A stretch of DNA of 64,000 nucleotides from Nitrososphaerales archaeon (GCA_965197925.1 CBDAOC010000020.1:768001-832000), one strand, 5' to 3'; shown: positions 20,237 through 33,259, counted from the first letter of the stretch. The notes: generated from the sequence alone by a model not told the origin. Numbers and translations: made by a program.

Positions 20237-20584
20237 TTGATAACCGACCTTCAGCTCCTTATAGGAGGGATGGAGTGGATCATCATACTATTTTTTGGTC
20301 TATTTGTGATACTGGGCGGTAAAAGACTCCCCAAATTCACAAAGTCGATCGGCAAGGCGGTGGGTGAGTTCCAGAAGGCCAGAAATGAAATGGAGAAGGA
20401 AATAGCCAGAGTAAATAATCCCATGAAGATATCCGTTAACAATCCGGTGTCAAATGAGAGGGAGAAGCTTGAAGCAATTGCAAAGGCCTTACAGATCAAT
20501 ACGGTGGGTAAAACTGATAATGAATTGAGACAGCTGATCAGTAATAATGTAAATCCCAAGACTGATGAAAACGTTTCACTTTAG
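20237..20584 (+). CDS. tatA: Twin-arginine translocase TatA/E subunit
   Basis: GGMEWIIIL...LGGKRLPKFTKSIGKAVGEFQKAR. Confidence 0.9.
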   Translation: MITDLQLLIGGMEWIIILFFGLFVILGGKRLPKFTKSIGKAVGEFQKARNEMEKEIARVNNPMKISVNNPVSNEREKLEAIAKALQINTVGKTDNELRQLISNNVNPKTDENVSL

Positions 20585-21149
20585 GTATAAGAAGAACAGA
20601 TTAATTTTGTAAAGTTAGTTTTGAGAGCCTGTTGTTCATCATTGTAAATAATTGGATCATTGTTGGGAGATCAAGAGTGAATGCCCATGAGTAGCAATTG
20701 GATGAACTATGTTATTGACGTTGAATAGAGTACAACAATTAGGTCTATTTCATTGTAATCATATTCAGAGAATATAACAAAATACAGGTTGATGATTTGG
20801 TTTTATCTAACTGTCAAGATATCGAAGATAATAATGAACCTAGAAAGTATTTCTTTCCATTTAGAGGAAAATTCCAGTTAGAGATTAAGAATACACATGA
20901 TAAATTACGTGATGTAATCAAATAGAAAATTCTGTCTATATCTAATACACCCACACCAAGATTTACATTGGTTCAACAACATATTTTGTTGATATTAGTG
21001 GAAAATGGCTTTCATTTGTCAAAGGGTAAAGAAGCAATTATGATTCGAAATTGGTGGTTTTCTAAAGAAAAGGAAGATTAAGTTAGAATATTTAGAACTA
21101 CAAAAATAGAAATTCTTCCACCTCGGTACGGAAATAAGACACTTATTTC

Positions 21150-22291
21150 CACACTACCGGTAGAAGGAAGGGAGATAATCGTCACGGCAAATATAGTCGA
21201 TGACGTAGGTGTGGAAAAAGTGGATCTCCTCTATATTATTCCCGAACACTATCGTGAGTTCCACGAAGTGGAGATGCAGAGGTATAACTCTGAATACTCC
21301 ATAGATTCTAACTACTTCATAGGTTCGATACCTGCGTCAGATGTTAGAACCGTTTGGCTCCAATACTGGATCTTGGCCCAAGACTTTGCCGGCAACAACA
21401 AACAATCCCCCTTGGAATATGTGAATGTTGAAAAAAGATCATCTGTAACTGAGGTGGTGACAAAGGAAAGGACCCTGCCCGATCATGTACTGGAGGCTAT
21501 CAATTCGATGCAGGACCCGACACCTGTTGGAATGCTTGAAGTCATATCCATGAGTGGTGGTAACGTAATCAAATCATATCAGGACAAAATAATGTTGAAG
21601 AATAGTGGCAACCTAACCTTGCAGAGTATTTGGCTGATGCTCTCACCAGGGCTGCACAAGAGCTTCAAGTTGAGCGATACCACGGTCGAGTCCATAGAAC
21701 CAGATGGCAACTTTACCTTATCCTTCGAACTGAATGGAAACCCTGCACGTGATATGATAGGCGGTTTGCTTGGATACCAAGGTGCTTTGATAGTAATGGC
21801 TGAGCATCACAACCCAATAGTCCTGCCAATAAATATTGGTAACCAGGAATCCAACTACTTGAAGAACTATATGGAGTCAGTGTCAGGTCTGGCAAAGCAG
21901 CGCTACAACAAGATATCATTGCTGAATGACCTGGTATCCCATGACACTGGAGAACAAGGATTTCGAAATAACGACTTTATCTGGAACGAGAGAGATAACA
22001 AGGTATGGTAGTGATGCACAATATGGTGCAACATTCACCTTCTTCGAATACCTAGAGAACAAGTATGGTAATGATATCATAGGAGAAATGGTCAACCAGC
22101 TAGGGAGTGGAATGATAACGAATCACAGATGTGATACCTTAGAAAACTGCGCTGTATTACAAGGTGCTTATGATGAGATTGGTTTGGATATCCAAGATGA
22201 GCGGTATCCACTTTCTGTAGAGAAATTGATCGAAGGATGGGAGGAATATGTAATGGACCTAGTCACTTTAAGCTCTAGTAGTGAGATTTAA
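21150..22291 (+). pseudogene. Fragmented large secreted protein (Ig-like domains plus peptidase-MA-like C-terminal segment); 5' truncated and frameshifted
   Basis: IIVTANIVDDVGVEKV with no signal peptide; frame change near 21940; YGATFTFFEYLENKYG tail. Confidence 0.55.
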
Positions 22292-22629
22292 GAAAGAAAT
22301 CATAGTGTAAATGCAATAGTATACTGGAACAATCCTACTATTCATAGTAATCATGTTAAGAGGTCCATATGAGAATACCCAACACTTCAAATCTTTCATC
22401 CTAAAGAACACTACGTCTAAATCCTGTGTAGAAAGTGCTCACCATACCAAAAGTCAATTGTGTACTGGAATGGTTCTTACCAATAAGTTAAGCTCTTTCA
22501 GAAAATGAATAGATTTTTCAGAAAATGTATAGGTGCCCTCGGTACTCAAGCCAATAACGGCACATCCCTTTTCTGTACTAAAATATTACATACATATCCT
22601 TATTCCAAACTAATTCCTAAAATGAGGAA

Positions 22630-23295
22630 ATGAATAGATTTGCACAACTGACTGTGATAATGGCTTTAGTAGGAGGATTGGCATTGGCCAATGCATCCAT
22701 GTTCAAGGATAGCTTTGCATACAGTGCATCAACAGATAAAGCTGTGTATGGACACTTTACACTTATCGTGAATGATGAGTTCGGAAATATACAGGACTAT
22801 ATGGAGTTTGATAACGTAATAACAGATGAAGGAGATGATTGTATAGCGGTACTTGCATTTGGTTCAACCCTTGGTGCTGGTGATTGTACAGAAGGAATTA
22901 TAGATGCAATTTCGGTAGCGGATTGTAGTGCGGATAATGTCTGCGCTGCGGTGGCAGATGTAACAACGGCATTTGATGATTCTGACAGTGTAAATATAGG
23001 GGATGAATGTGATACGGCTGGAGAGGTCACAAATGTTTACACACAAAGTTCAGGAGCCAACGGCATTAGACCAACGGCATTAGACCAACGGCATTAGACC
23101 AACGGCATTAGACCAACGGCAACATTCGACACCACTGAGACAGCAGACCCATTTACTGCAAGACAGGCAGGTATACTAAATGACTGTACAGACAGCGCAG
23201 CACCTGAGCTCTTTGCAATCCAGAACTTCTCAGATGTAACGATATCTGGTAGCGATACCTTGACAATCAACTACGATGTATCATTCTCAGGCTAA
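22630..23295 (+). pseudogene. Secreted thaumarchaeal beta-rich protein interrupted by a 14-bp repeat expansion
   Basis: Signal peptide; GHFTLIVNDEFGNI...DNVITDEGDDC; same-frame tail ELFAIQNFSDVTISGSDTLTINYDVSFSG* after the repeat-borne TAG. Confidence 0.8.
23057..23121 (+). repeat. Tandem repeat (CCAACGGCATTAGA) x4 plus 9 bp
   Basis: Direct reading of the sequence. Confidence 0.97.
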
Positions 23296-23375
23296 AGCTG
23301 GAACATAAGAATATTCAGGCCGAGTGTAAGACCAAGTCTGAATTTCTGATTTTTTATTCATTAGAATTTGTACAT

Positions 23376-24305
23376 TTAACCAGGTTTCTGTGCAATTACT
23401 TTGATGAAAAAATAATCATAACTGGTAGAAATAGACTTTACATCAAATCCAGCCCTTTTAATCAAATCCTTCATCGTCTTTGTTGAAAAGTGAAAAACAT
23501 GGTTCCAGAATAACATATTCCAGTCTCCCTTTAGTTGATCATATGTACGACAATCAATATGAAAAGTTTCTATCCGTATGATCCCACCTACACGCAAAAA
23601 CTTATGGGCTGTCATCAAGTCTTGGAGTGGATGATATGCATGCTCAATATAATCATTCATCTCCACAGCATTCAAATTATCTTCCTGAATAGGGCAATTG
23701 TCAAAAACATCGTTGAAAACATTTAGCCCATACCTCTGTTTCATAACCTTGCATGCATAGCCGTTTAGTTCATTTCCCGTAGCTTCTATTCCCCTTGCTT
23801 GTGCAGCACGAAGCAAAAATCCAACTCCACACCCAACGTCATGTATGCTCTCCATATTACCATCCAAGTAATTTTATATCTCATTTATGACACCGTCTTC
23901 TCTTTTCATCCTTTTCTCATACCAATCGGGGGGAACGAATTTAATATTGGAGGATAATGCCCTTCCATATTTCACCCTGTTCTCAGTAAACTCAATTTAC
24001 CTAGGCGTCTCACTCTTAAGATATTCCACCCAAGTTTCTTCCTTTATCCTCGGGCTGGTGTATTGTAGTCAACAATCACTACATTCTACAATATGACTAT
24101 AGTCCTTGGTAATCAATACTTCCTCTACGGAGTTGCTACCACACATTTCACAAGGCGGATACTCATCAAAAGGAGTGATTTTATCCTTCTCTTGATCCTT
24201 GATAGTATAATCCGGGGATATCAACCCAAATTTCTTTACAGTGTTCCAAAAGTAAAGACGGGGATATTGTGTGATGTAATCAGAAATCCTTTTATTTTTT
24301 TCCAT
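23376..24305 (-). pseudogene. Class I SAM-dependent methyltransferase with N-terminal Zn-ribbon; three in-frame nonsense codons
   Basis: CEMCGS...VECSDC*LQYTSPR...ETPR*IEF...NEI*NYLDG...IHDVGCGVG...DYIEH, all in one frame. Confidence 0.88.
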
Positions 24306-24849
24306 CCCACTTCCTTATAATCTTCGGTACATAAGTACGATTGATCTAATAAAATAATCGTGAATGTAGAATAACGATATATTGTCATGAGGTTCGTGAT
24401 GAATAGATTGACTTTGTCATAAAGACACTTATCTAGAAACAGCCAGTTACAATATTAATAAGAATGAAGGGTTATGACATTATTTATGTATACACAAGTT
24501 AGGTGCTTCAAGGACTTTATTCCTTTTAATCCCTTGATTGATCACCAAACTTTTTTTTGTTTTCCCTTGTTTAAATCTTAGTACCCCTCCGGACTTTCCA
24601 CTTTAGAATTTATTATTAATAGAATTATATGCTTGTAATGTAAGTTATCCTGTGGAAACAACGAAGAATTGATCTTAGACCAGTGCAATTGGTAAATAAC
24701 ATTCCCATATTCCTTTTGATCTTTTTCCTGCAATTACGTCACAAAATTGCATGAAATTTACCGTTGACCAATTTATTTACGCATACCCTATTTCTAATCA
24801 ATAATTGGAAAACAATAATTGGAAAATGAGAAAATAACTTCACAAAATA

Positions 24850-25990
24850 CTATCGCCTGTTGAAGGATTTAATAAAAATAATCGGTAATAGAAATCCAAT
24901 AAAGAACATTGCAATGAAGGAGGTGCTGTTACCAAAAAGATCTGCTGCAATACCTGCAATTGCCGGTCCCATCGTAAATCCTATTCCGAATATAGCTTCA
25001 TAAGTTCCAATAGTGGTTCCCACCAGATGCTCTGGTGTATGTCTGGTAACAACACTAAGCGTTATCGGGAAATATAGACTGAAAGCAAACCCAAGCATAA
25101 TGAGTGAAGAGGAAAATGATCCCAAATTGGTTATAGCGTAAGCAATGAGCATTGCAAATGCTATTACCTCAGTCGCTAGAAATATGCAGGTCTTTTCGTA
25201 TCTAGCAAATCTATGAGTAAATGGGGGGGTGAATAGTCTAGATAAGCCGAATATGAAGAAAAGTATACCAATCGAAAACTCATTGATGGTGTTATCCTTG
25301 AGATAGGCTGGGAATACTGAAAGGACTATACCGAATGCTGCGCTGTAATACATCACTAAAGTGCTTAACTTTGGATTCGATCTTATCACATTAAAAACTG
25401 CTTTTGGAGAATATTTTTCTACATATCCACCTCCTCTTCCATGCTTTCAGCAAAAGTGATACCGCTAACTACCCGATCATTATTGCAGCAGAGAATTCGA
25501 AGAGGAGTCTAAACCCAAGTTCTTCAAAAAGAAATGCACCCATCAAAGGTCCGATCATATATCCCCCGACCCATGCCATTGTAAATCTAGAAACTGAATG
25601 GATTCTTTTCTCCACTGGAGCTACAGTAGTGACTATTGCAACGGTCGATGGTCAGAAAAATGCATGTGCAATACCTGAAAGTGCTCTAATCATCATTACA
25701 TCAAGGACACTGTTGGTAAATGACAGCATAAACAAGGAGAACGTGGTCATACCAATTCCAACGGTTAGAATCGAAGCTTTGTTGAACCTGTCAAGAAGTA
25801 ATCCTACAAACATTGGTGCGAACATATAGGGCACAAAATTTGCCATTCCAATGAGTCCAATATCGAAATAACTTGCAGCAAGCTCCTGTATTGCAAATAC
25901 CTGAACCAGAGGAACATGAGCTCCATATGCCATCCCAATTATGCAAGCCTGAACATAGACAAGTAGGAGAATGCGTGCCATGATGAACAC
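24850..25990 (-). pseudogene. MFS transporter, disrupted
   Basis: GLLLDRFNK motif A and multiple TM helices; TGA at the AFF(W)PS position (25652) plus a frameshift before 25389. Confidence 0.85.
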
Positions 25991-26679
25991 TACTTGGAAG
26001 CGGCAATTATTACAGCGCCACCACTCATCCTAGTTTCAAACTTTACTTTGGTGAATTTCTCACTCAGCATTCTCTTGAGTTCAAAGTTTCTCGGTAATCT
26101 TTTGTAAGTTCCGTAAATAGCCCTGAACTTCAATCCCATGCTACCTGCAGCGAAGAATGCTAATACACTCATTATATATTTCAGGTAAAATGATATAGCT
26201 ATTCTATTAAATGCATTATCGGGTTTTCCAATATCAACTATTATTAATTTGCCGCGAGGCCGCAAAACCCTGTGAAATTCTGAGATGGCAATACTCATCA
26301 TTAATGCATCCCTAAATGAATAACCGCACATAACAGCATCAAATGTACCGTTATTAAATGGAAGAAATTCAAACACCCCCGTTATCAAAATCCTTTTCTT
26401 ATAAAATTCAGTTTTTGCTTTGGCCAACATTTCTGGAATAGGATCGAGCATTACTATGTACAAATCATCATTGCATTGATGTAATGCCTCTTTCGACATG
26501 TTGCCGTATCCAGAACCTGCATCAAGAACTAAATTGCCCTGCTTGATTCTGTTAAGGAGGCCAATCTTTCTATACTCTGCGTCTTTACCGAATGATATTA
26601 CGCGGTTTACCTGATCATATACGGGTATTACAGTTCTAAGAACATCTATGATCTCATGCCAGTAGCTTCCTAATCCCAA
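25990..26679 (-). CDS. UbiE/MenG-family methyltransferase
   Basis: YDQVNRVISFG, VLDAGSGYG, LPF..GTFDAVMCGYSFRD, EFHRVLRPRG. Confidence 0.88.
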   Translation of the reverse strand: MGLGSYWHEIIDVLRTVIPVYDQVNRVISFGKDAEYRKIGLLNRIKQGNLVLDAGSGYGNMSKEALHQCNDDLYIVMLDPIPEMLAKAKTEFYKKRILITGVFEFLPFNNGTFDAVMCGYSFRDALMMSIAISEFHRVLRPRGKLIIVDIGKPDNAFNRIAISFYLKYIMSVLAFFAAGSMGLKFRAIYGTYKRLPRNFELKRMLSEKFTKVKFETRMSGGAVIIAASK

Positions 26680-28178
26680 GCGTACTCTAATTTAAGCAAT
26701 GATTATAACAATCTTGTTGTGATTTTAGAATACAGTTTTCCCAGTATAGATTGTATAGATTAAACTTGCTGGCATAACATATTCCTCAATGGTAAGCAAG
26801 AATTGCTATTCTTTCTCCCCACTTCCTGAATGCGGTACCTGTAAAGTTCATTACATTAATCTCCTGTCTATAGTCTCTTCTTATAATCCCAATATTCGTA
26901 CATCGGGTTCATAGTTTTCCTACTCCACCGCCCCCCAAATACGTGCCGTATGCAATATCCGTGAAATTCATTAGGACAACCCAGTGTGTATCTGACATCT
27001 TATTACAATCCAAACATTCGTACATTGGTTCCATTAATAGTACATATTGAGCATTAGGGATTAAAAAAAGGGCGGAAATTCCACCCTTAATTCTCTTCCA
27101 AAGGGGAAAAATTCTTATTTTAGATGGTCCATCGAGTCCGCTCCATTTACTACCAAATAGATTGAAGTGAAATACATACTTTCAATTACTTCTCAAAGTC
27201 ATTCATCTGTCTAAGGACCGGAGATTATTACATTATTTTCCTTAATTCAATAGATCTTTCTATGGAAACAACTTACTCTTACTATCTAAATCATACAACA
27301 GCATACTAAATATCTTGTAATAAACCGACTTTTCCATGCTTTTTCTATGTTGTCACCTCTAATATTCCTACTGACATCTAGAGGTTCCCTGATCATATGC
27401 AGGTATTACAGTTAGGTAAATCTGGGATTATTTTAAGCATCTTTCCGATCCCAAATCTACATTTTCAGTGTTTATGATATCAAGATTCGATAAATCAAAT
27501 GGTCGCCAATATGATGTATGTACTCTGTTTGCCCTTTTAACCGCCATGAATGCAAAGATTCCCGCTAGAAATAATGTTGCCATTTGGATAACTAGAAAAA
27601 ACGATTTGTTTATTAACTCAGAGGATCTGGATATATTTACCAATTTTTTAACTTGGTATGAAGTTATAGATAGTTATCCTTTGGAATGAGTCATGAACTC
27701 AATAGTACCAAATTAATTCACTATTTCATTTTAACTCATTTGATAATCTGAGTTAATATTCTCAATACTCGAATGTTCCAGCCTTATCGTGAATTGTCCT
27801 AGGAATAAAATAAATTAAGAATTGGGTAGAATCAAGTTTCAACCAGGTGATGGATTTCCTCATTTTGTGGTATTTTAGGTACCAGGACTGGCGAAGGGAA
27901 CATATTGGAATCGATAGATCTAGTGTTACAACATACAAAAAAATATGAACAGATGTTTAACTTGAAAAGAATTCAATATATTACAATGTTAATCATAAAT
28001 TTCAACATCGTTGATTGAGATTTAAGGTAAAAGCAGTCGCGCGCGGAATATGAGGAGATAATTGTGAAATAACTGATATATTTCTGGATATTGCATACAA
28101 GATACTGTTTTTTGTTGCAAATTTACCATTAAAGTTTATATCCTATAAGGAAATACACAACGATATGGGGATGACAGG

Positions 28179-28430
28179 TTGATTGATATAGCTGAAGAGG
28201 TGCTGCAGCTGGTAAATAGGTCGGGTAAAATAGCACCTGAAGATATTCTGAGAAATCTCTCCTTGAGTAGCAAAACTACCTATGAAATCATTGGTTTCTT
28301 GGTCAAGTTTGGGTTGATTGAGTTCGACTACAATAAACAATACCTTTGCTTAACTTCACCCATGAAGAGATTTGTAGTAGAGTTAGCAAAAGAAAATCCT
28401 ATAGTTTCTACCTTCCAATTGAGTGTATAA
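28179..28430 (+). CDS. Small winged-helix-like protein
   Basis: Helical pattern EEVLQLV...TYEIIGFLVKFGLIEF plus wing. Confidence 0.55.
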   Translation: MIDIAEEVLQLVNRSGKIAPEDILRNLSLSSKTTYEIIGFLVKFGLIEFDYNKQYLCLTSPMKRFVVELAKENPIVSTFQLSV

Positions 28431-28484
28431 TTATAGACGAGAAAGCTTCTCAGACTGATCATTTAATTTATATGACTGAATATT

Positions 28485-28754
28485 ATGAAGAAGGTACCAA
28501 ATTTGAATAATAAACGTGGTTTTTTAGAAATAATGTCAACTATGCTAGGCGTGTTGGAAGAACAATCAAGCAAAAAGACCTCACTGGCATCAAGAGCTAA
28601 CCTGAGTACCAGAGCGTCAAATAGATATGTTGATTCATTGGTTAGATTCAATTTTGCAGTCGAATCTAATGAATACGGACTTTGCATTACGGAAAAAGGT
28701 AGAGCGTTCTCAAACGAATATAGAAAATTAGAACAACTTGTACATAGTAATTAA
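28485..28754 (+). CDS. Winged helix-turn-helix protein (HTH_45-like)
   Basis: KRGFLEIMSTML...KTSLASRANLS...YVDSL...ITEKGRAF. Confidence 0.85.
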   Translation: MKKVPNLNNKRGFLEIMSTMLGVLEEQSSKKTSLASRANLSTRASNRYVDSLVRFNFAVESNEYGLCITEKGRAFSNEYRKLEQLVHSN

Positions 28755-29489
28755 GGTGACTCTCTCCTGGTCTGCAGATGTGATAAAGTCTTACTAGATC
28801 CTGATAATATTAAAGAATTACATTTGTTAACTTTGAAATATAAGCAAATTTGAAACAAGTTTTCCCCTAATTGTTAATAGGATTAAAAGTTAGTGTTCTA
28901 GAACTTAACAGAACATAATGTAGACGATAATTTCTTTTTTATTTTTTTCATTATTATACTTCCGATGGTATTCACACATTACTTTCATAGAATTATGTGA
29001 TTATTGTAGAATGATTATAATATAATAGAACTTATAGCAATATTCAATGCAATCCCAATGGAGAAGATTTCGAAGACTTGCTAATATCCTAGCAACCCGT
29101 CCCCTGTCATTCATTAATTTGATTATGAATATTTGTAATTTTAGAGGTTAGTTGACCTTAATTTATCTTCCTAACAAATTCCCAATACAAATCGAATTGA
29201 TTACAAGTTTGACAGGAATTAAAGGGCATTCTAACAACCGAGGTATGGAAATGATAACATGAAATTGGAGCATGTCCATATGTTCGATCTGAATTGGCAA
29301 AGACATAATGTAAGCTACGCCAATCTATTATTAAATAGGAGATCATCAAGAAGGAGAAAAATTTCGTAAGATATTAGGTGATACAAACTATATAATAAAA
29401 ATTCTAGAATAAATTCATAGAGTAATATGTAGTAAACAACATAAGCCTTTTTATTACATTTTTTATGTCCTTGTTAAGGTAAAAAAAAC

Positions 29490-29979
29490 TTGATAAAAAA
29501 CAAAGCATACGCATTATTGTCAATAATAGCAGTAGGAAGCATGATAACTGCAGGTATCTCACAGCAAGCAGCTGCCACAAATTTCGGTGGTGAAGGTTGT
29601 ACACCCGGGTTCGGGAAGAACCATGTAAAAGCATGGTTAGACAAGTCCACCTTTGGACCCCGAAAGTACTTTTGATGATGCGTTCGACTGGATGATAACC
29701 ATAACTACAAAAGGTGGTAATAACAAGAAAGTTGAGGTAACAGATCCAACCCTTTTGCAAGCCTTGAATGCAGTTGGTGATGGTATCAATGCTCTGGCAC
29801 GTCATGCTGTAGCTGCCGCATTAAACGCTAACGAACTAAATGTCCCTTATGAATTCGAGAAAGGAGATATTCGCAATTTAGTGCAAGGTGTTGTTGATAA
29901 TCCAGAAACCATGGAAACTGTTAAGGACTTGTTGGATGGATTCAACAATGCGGGTTGTTCCATTAACGGCAAGAATTAA
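29490..29979 (+). pseudogene. Secreted protein with a GCTPG(F/Y)WKNH-type domain, frameshifted
   Basis: Signal peptide, GEGCTPGFGKNH, frame change near 29655-29660, TLLQALNA..DGINALARHAVAAALNA. Confidence 0.7.
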
Positions 29980-30675
29980 AAAGACATCAGACTTCATATA
30001 ACCAATCTTTTTCCTTTTTTGACTAATTTTGGGAGTTTATCGAAAGTATTCTAGTTAACAACATGATTTTTTACATTTTATACATATTGCATTGACAGCT
30101 ACGTAGGATGTGACATTCATATCACTAAATGTATTCGGTAGGTCAAATGTACTCCGATCATTTTCTATGTCTATGCTTGCATTAATCAGGATTCTAGGAA
30201 GAACAACCTCATCTGTACGATGTTACAATAATTTATCTTTCGGTCACTGTTTTGAAGCAAGGGAATACAGAAAAGAGATGTAAAAAATATTCTATAAAAA
30301 ATTATTACAAGAATGACAATAGTGATAGATATATTCTGCATAAGAGCATATAAAGTGAGAAGATTGGATCACAAATATTATAGTGTAGAACAAAGTCCGA
30401 TATTAACTCATTGCATATAACATTTAAGCACGGAATATCTAAATGATATTATTTCTACAGTGCTCATTCTTTAATCCCAAATGCTTAATTTTATACCTTT
30501 TCTACTATTTTTTAGTTGTAATTATATGACTCGAATTCTATTACCTGTATCCTCCATAACAGATACAAATAGATTAAGAAAGTGAATATCAAGCTAAGCG
30601 ATGTAAGAATACGCTTTTGCTAAGCTTATCAATACCTGAAGCTTGATTTAAAAGAACAAGAGAGCAATCACTGCT

Positions 30676-33210
30676 ATGCTAAAGTACAGATGCCCAGACT
30701 GCAAAGGATCCCTCAATACGGACAAGATTTTTGATGGGCGTGTCCTGTTTTCCTGCAATAACTGCTCCTTGTATTCACTTGTCCCATTCAATGCAGATCT
30801 CGATGGAACATACATGGATTTTCTTGAACTGTATGATAACGGTGGAGATGAATTCACCACCAATAATCTCGAAGCACTTCTAGAGAGGGAAAAGATCCTG
30901 AGACCAAGAGAAGAGGTTGAAGCTATGCTACAGAACAATGGTGGTGACACCTTGATTAGAAATGTACTATCATCTAGGCGTGATTATGTAGTCGATTACA
31001 AAGCAATTGATGAACCCCTGCCGGAGATCGGCTGTTCTGCACATGAACTGGTAAATAGTGTATTAGCAGAGACTTTGGCCTGCAAAGGAATAGAACCATT
31101 GTTCAAATTTCAGGAAGAGGTAATCAAAAAAATTCTTGTGGGCAAAGATATAGTGATAGTTGCTCCAACAGCATCAGGTAAGACAGAGGCTTTTACCATT
31201 CCCATTCTGCATAATATTGCCAATGAAATATCACACTTCGGGTCATTACGAACTGGACAAGGCAGTATAAAGGCAATTTTTGTTTACCCAACAAAGGCAC
31301 TTGCCAGGGACCAGATGGCTAAGATAAACCAATTTGCCAAGCCGCTCGGTATCAGGATAGCTACCTTTGACGGTGATACACCATCCAGAGATAGAGATCT
31401 GATCCTGTCAAACCCACCGGACATAATTGTTACCAACTTTGACATTTTACATTATCATTTTCTACATAGAACAAGGTTTGCCAGATTGTTGAGAAGTGCG
31501 AAATGCCTGGTTGTTGATGAAGCACATGTCTATACTGGAATATTTGGTTCCAACATTCACTACATAATTAGACGGCTGCGACGCTTCTGCACAGGTCTAC
31601 AGATAATAGCCGCATCGGCAACTCTACCAAATGCAAAGGAGTTTTGTGAAAAGTTATTCCACTGTGATATGGATATTGTGCTAGGCAGGGGCAGAAAGGG
31701 TAGGATCTATTTTTCGATCCTATTCCCATCTTTGAGAACACAACGCTCCCTTATGCTGGATCTGGTAAAGGGACTAACATCAAATTCGCATAAGGTAATT
31801 TCGTTCTCAAACTCACATATCGGTGCTGAACTGCTTGCATTTTACGCATCAAAACAAGGTGTGAAGATAGGAGTGCATAGAGCTGGGCTAATGCCCAACG
31901 TAAGGAAGAGTGTGGAGGATGACTTTAAGCATGGAGACTTGATGGCTCTATCCTCAACACCAACACTCGAATTGGGAATTGATATTGGTGTTGTGGATGG
32001 GATAGTTTCCAGTTTGGTTTCCATCAACAGGCTGATGCAACGCTTTGGAAGAGCTGCAAGGCGTGACCAACACGGCTATGCATTTCTTGCTCTGGGAAAC
32101 GATCCAATCAGTCAATACTACAAAAACCACCCAGAAGATTACCTTAATGATTTCGAATATGCTTACACGGATCCAACTAACCCTTTCGTGGAGGAATTTC
32201 AATTATTAGCAATGACATGCGATAAACCCTTGAGCTTGGAGGAGGCCAATCAGCATAATGAAACTGTCAGGAAACTTGAGAACAGGCATCTGATACATAT
32301 TTCAAATAAGAAGTTTGTTGCAGATCGCAGGGAAGCAATAAGGTTCCTTAATGAATTTAGCATTAGGGGAGTAGGGAAAAATATAGACATTATTTTAAAT
32401 AATAAAAAAGTTGGTGAACGCAACTTACCCCTTGCACTGGAAGAGCTGCATGACGGAGCAGTGTATTTCCTTAGTGGTAGAAGATATATGGTCAACAAGT
32501 TAACAATTGGCAAACATAAAGCAGAGATAATGAATCTCCCACAGCATTATCCATACTACACGAAAGCACTGACAGATGAATGGCCCAACATAGACAAGGT
32601 TTATGAGACAAAAAGGGTCTTGGGCATAGAGGTTGTATACTGTTCACTTCATATAAGAAAGAGAGTTATGGGTTATGTGAATATTGAGTTGGGAGCAGAA
32701 GTTGCCAAAGGAAAGAAGGTTCTTCTGGAAGAACCGTTTGAGTATAATTTTGACACAAAAGGTTTTGTTTTCAGAGCCCCCAGACCAGCGGATTTGATTG
32801 GTTCAGCCAAAGATCCATTATATGTAGAGATGAGCAGCTATCACGCCGCAGAACATGTTGTTATTGAAGGAAGCAGCATGATAACTGGGGGTGCATCACA
32901 GGATCTTGGGGGTATATCATTGGGTTCTTCTGGCCTGATATTCGTCTATGATTCAAGCGTTGGAGGAAATGGAGCAAGCAAGGTATTATTTGATAGATTA
33001 GAAAAGGCATTTGTTAGGGGTAAGCGTATTTTGAGTGAATGTCTCTGCAGTAACGAAAGTGGATGTCCAAGATGCACGTATTCATACAGATGCGGAAACA
33101 ACAATGAATACCTCCACAAGTACGCGTCATTGGAAGTATACAACAGGATACTGGAGAATGAACGGACAGATGTAGGAGAGCCTGAAGAAGGAGAAAGGTC
33201 GTTAGTATGA
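30676..33210 (+). CDS. DEAD/DEAH-box helicase with C-terminal DUF1998 (Hrq1/MrfA/SftH family)
   Basis: APTASGKT, DEAH, SAT, TLELGIDIG, QRFGRAAR, YD..GGNG, CLC...GCPRC. Confidence 0.95.
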   Translation: MLKYRCPDCKGSLNTDKIFDGRVLFSCNNCSLYSLVPFNADLDGTYMDFLELYDNGGDEFTTNNLEALLEREKILRPREEVEAMLQNNGGDTLIRNVLSSRRDYVVDYKAIDEPLPEIGCSAHELVNSVLAETLACKGIEPLFKFQEEVIKKILVGKDIVIVAPTASGKTEAFTIPILHNIANEISHFGSLRTGQGSIKAIFVYPTKALARDQMAKINQFAKPLGIRIATFDGDTPSRDRDLILSNPPDIIVTNFDILHYHFLHRTRFARLLRSAKCLVVDEAHVYTGIFGSNIHYIIRRLRRFCTGLQIIAASATLPNAKEFCEKLFHCDMDIVLGRGRKGRIYFSILFPSLRTQRSLMLDLVKGLTSNSHKVISFSNSHIGAELLAFYASKQGVKIGVHRAGLMPNVRKSVEDDFKHGDLMALSSTPTLELGIDIGVVDGIVSSLVSINRLMQRFGRAARRDQHGYAFLALGNDPISQYYKNHPEDYLNDFEYAYTDPTNPFVEEFQLLAMTCDKPLSLEEANQHNETVRKLENRHLIHISNKKFVADRREAIRFLNEFSIRGVGKNIDIILNNKKVGERNLPLALEELHDGAVYFLSGRRYMVNKLTIGKHKAEIMNLPQHYPYYTKALTDEWPNIDKVYETKRVLGIEVVYCSLHIRKRVMGYVNIELGAEVAKGKKVLLEEPFEYNFDTKGFVFRAPRPADLIGSAKDPLYVEMSSYHAAEHVVIEGSSMITGGASQDLGGISLGSSGLIFVYDSSVGGNGASKVLFDRLEKAFVRGKRILSECLCSNESGCPRCTYSYRCGNNNEYLHKYASLEVYNRILENERTDVGEPEEGERSLV

Positions 33211-33259
33211 TTACCCACTATCCTTCCCTTTAAATATAGTTATAGCACAATTAACCTTA

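Noticed and set aside
23057..23121. Possible mini-CRISPR
   Set aside because: Head-to-tail 14-bp units with no spacers, inside a coding sequence
23868..24071. Stop-codon reassignment or selenocysteine/pyrrolysine readthrough as an explanation for in-frame stops
   Set aside because: The interrupting stops are a mix of TGA, TAA and TAG, and all three end intact genes normally
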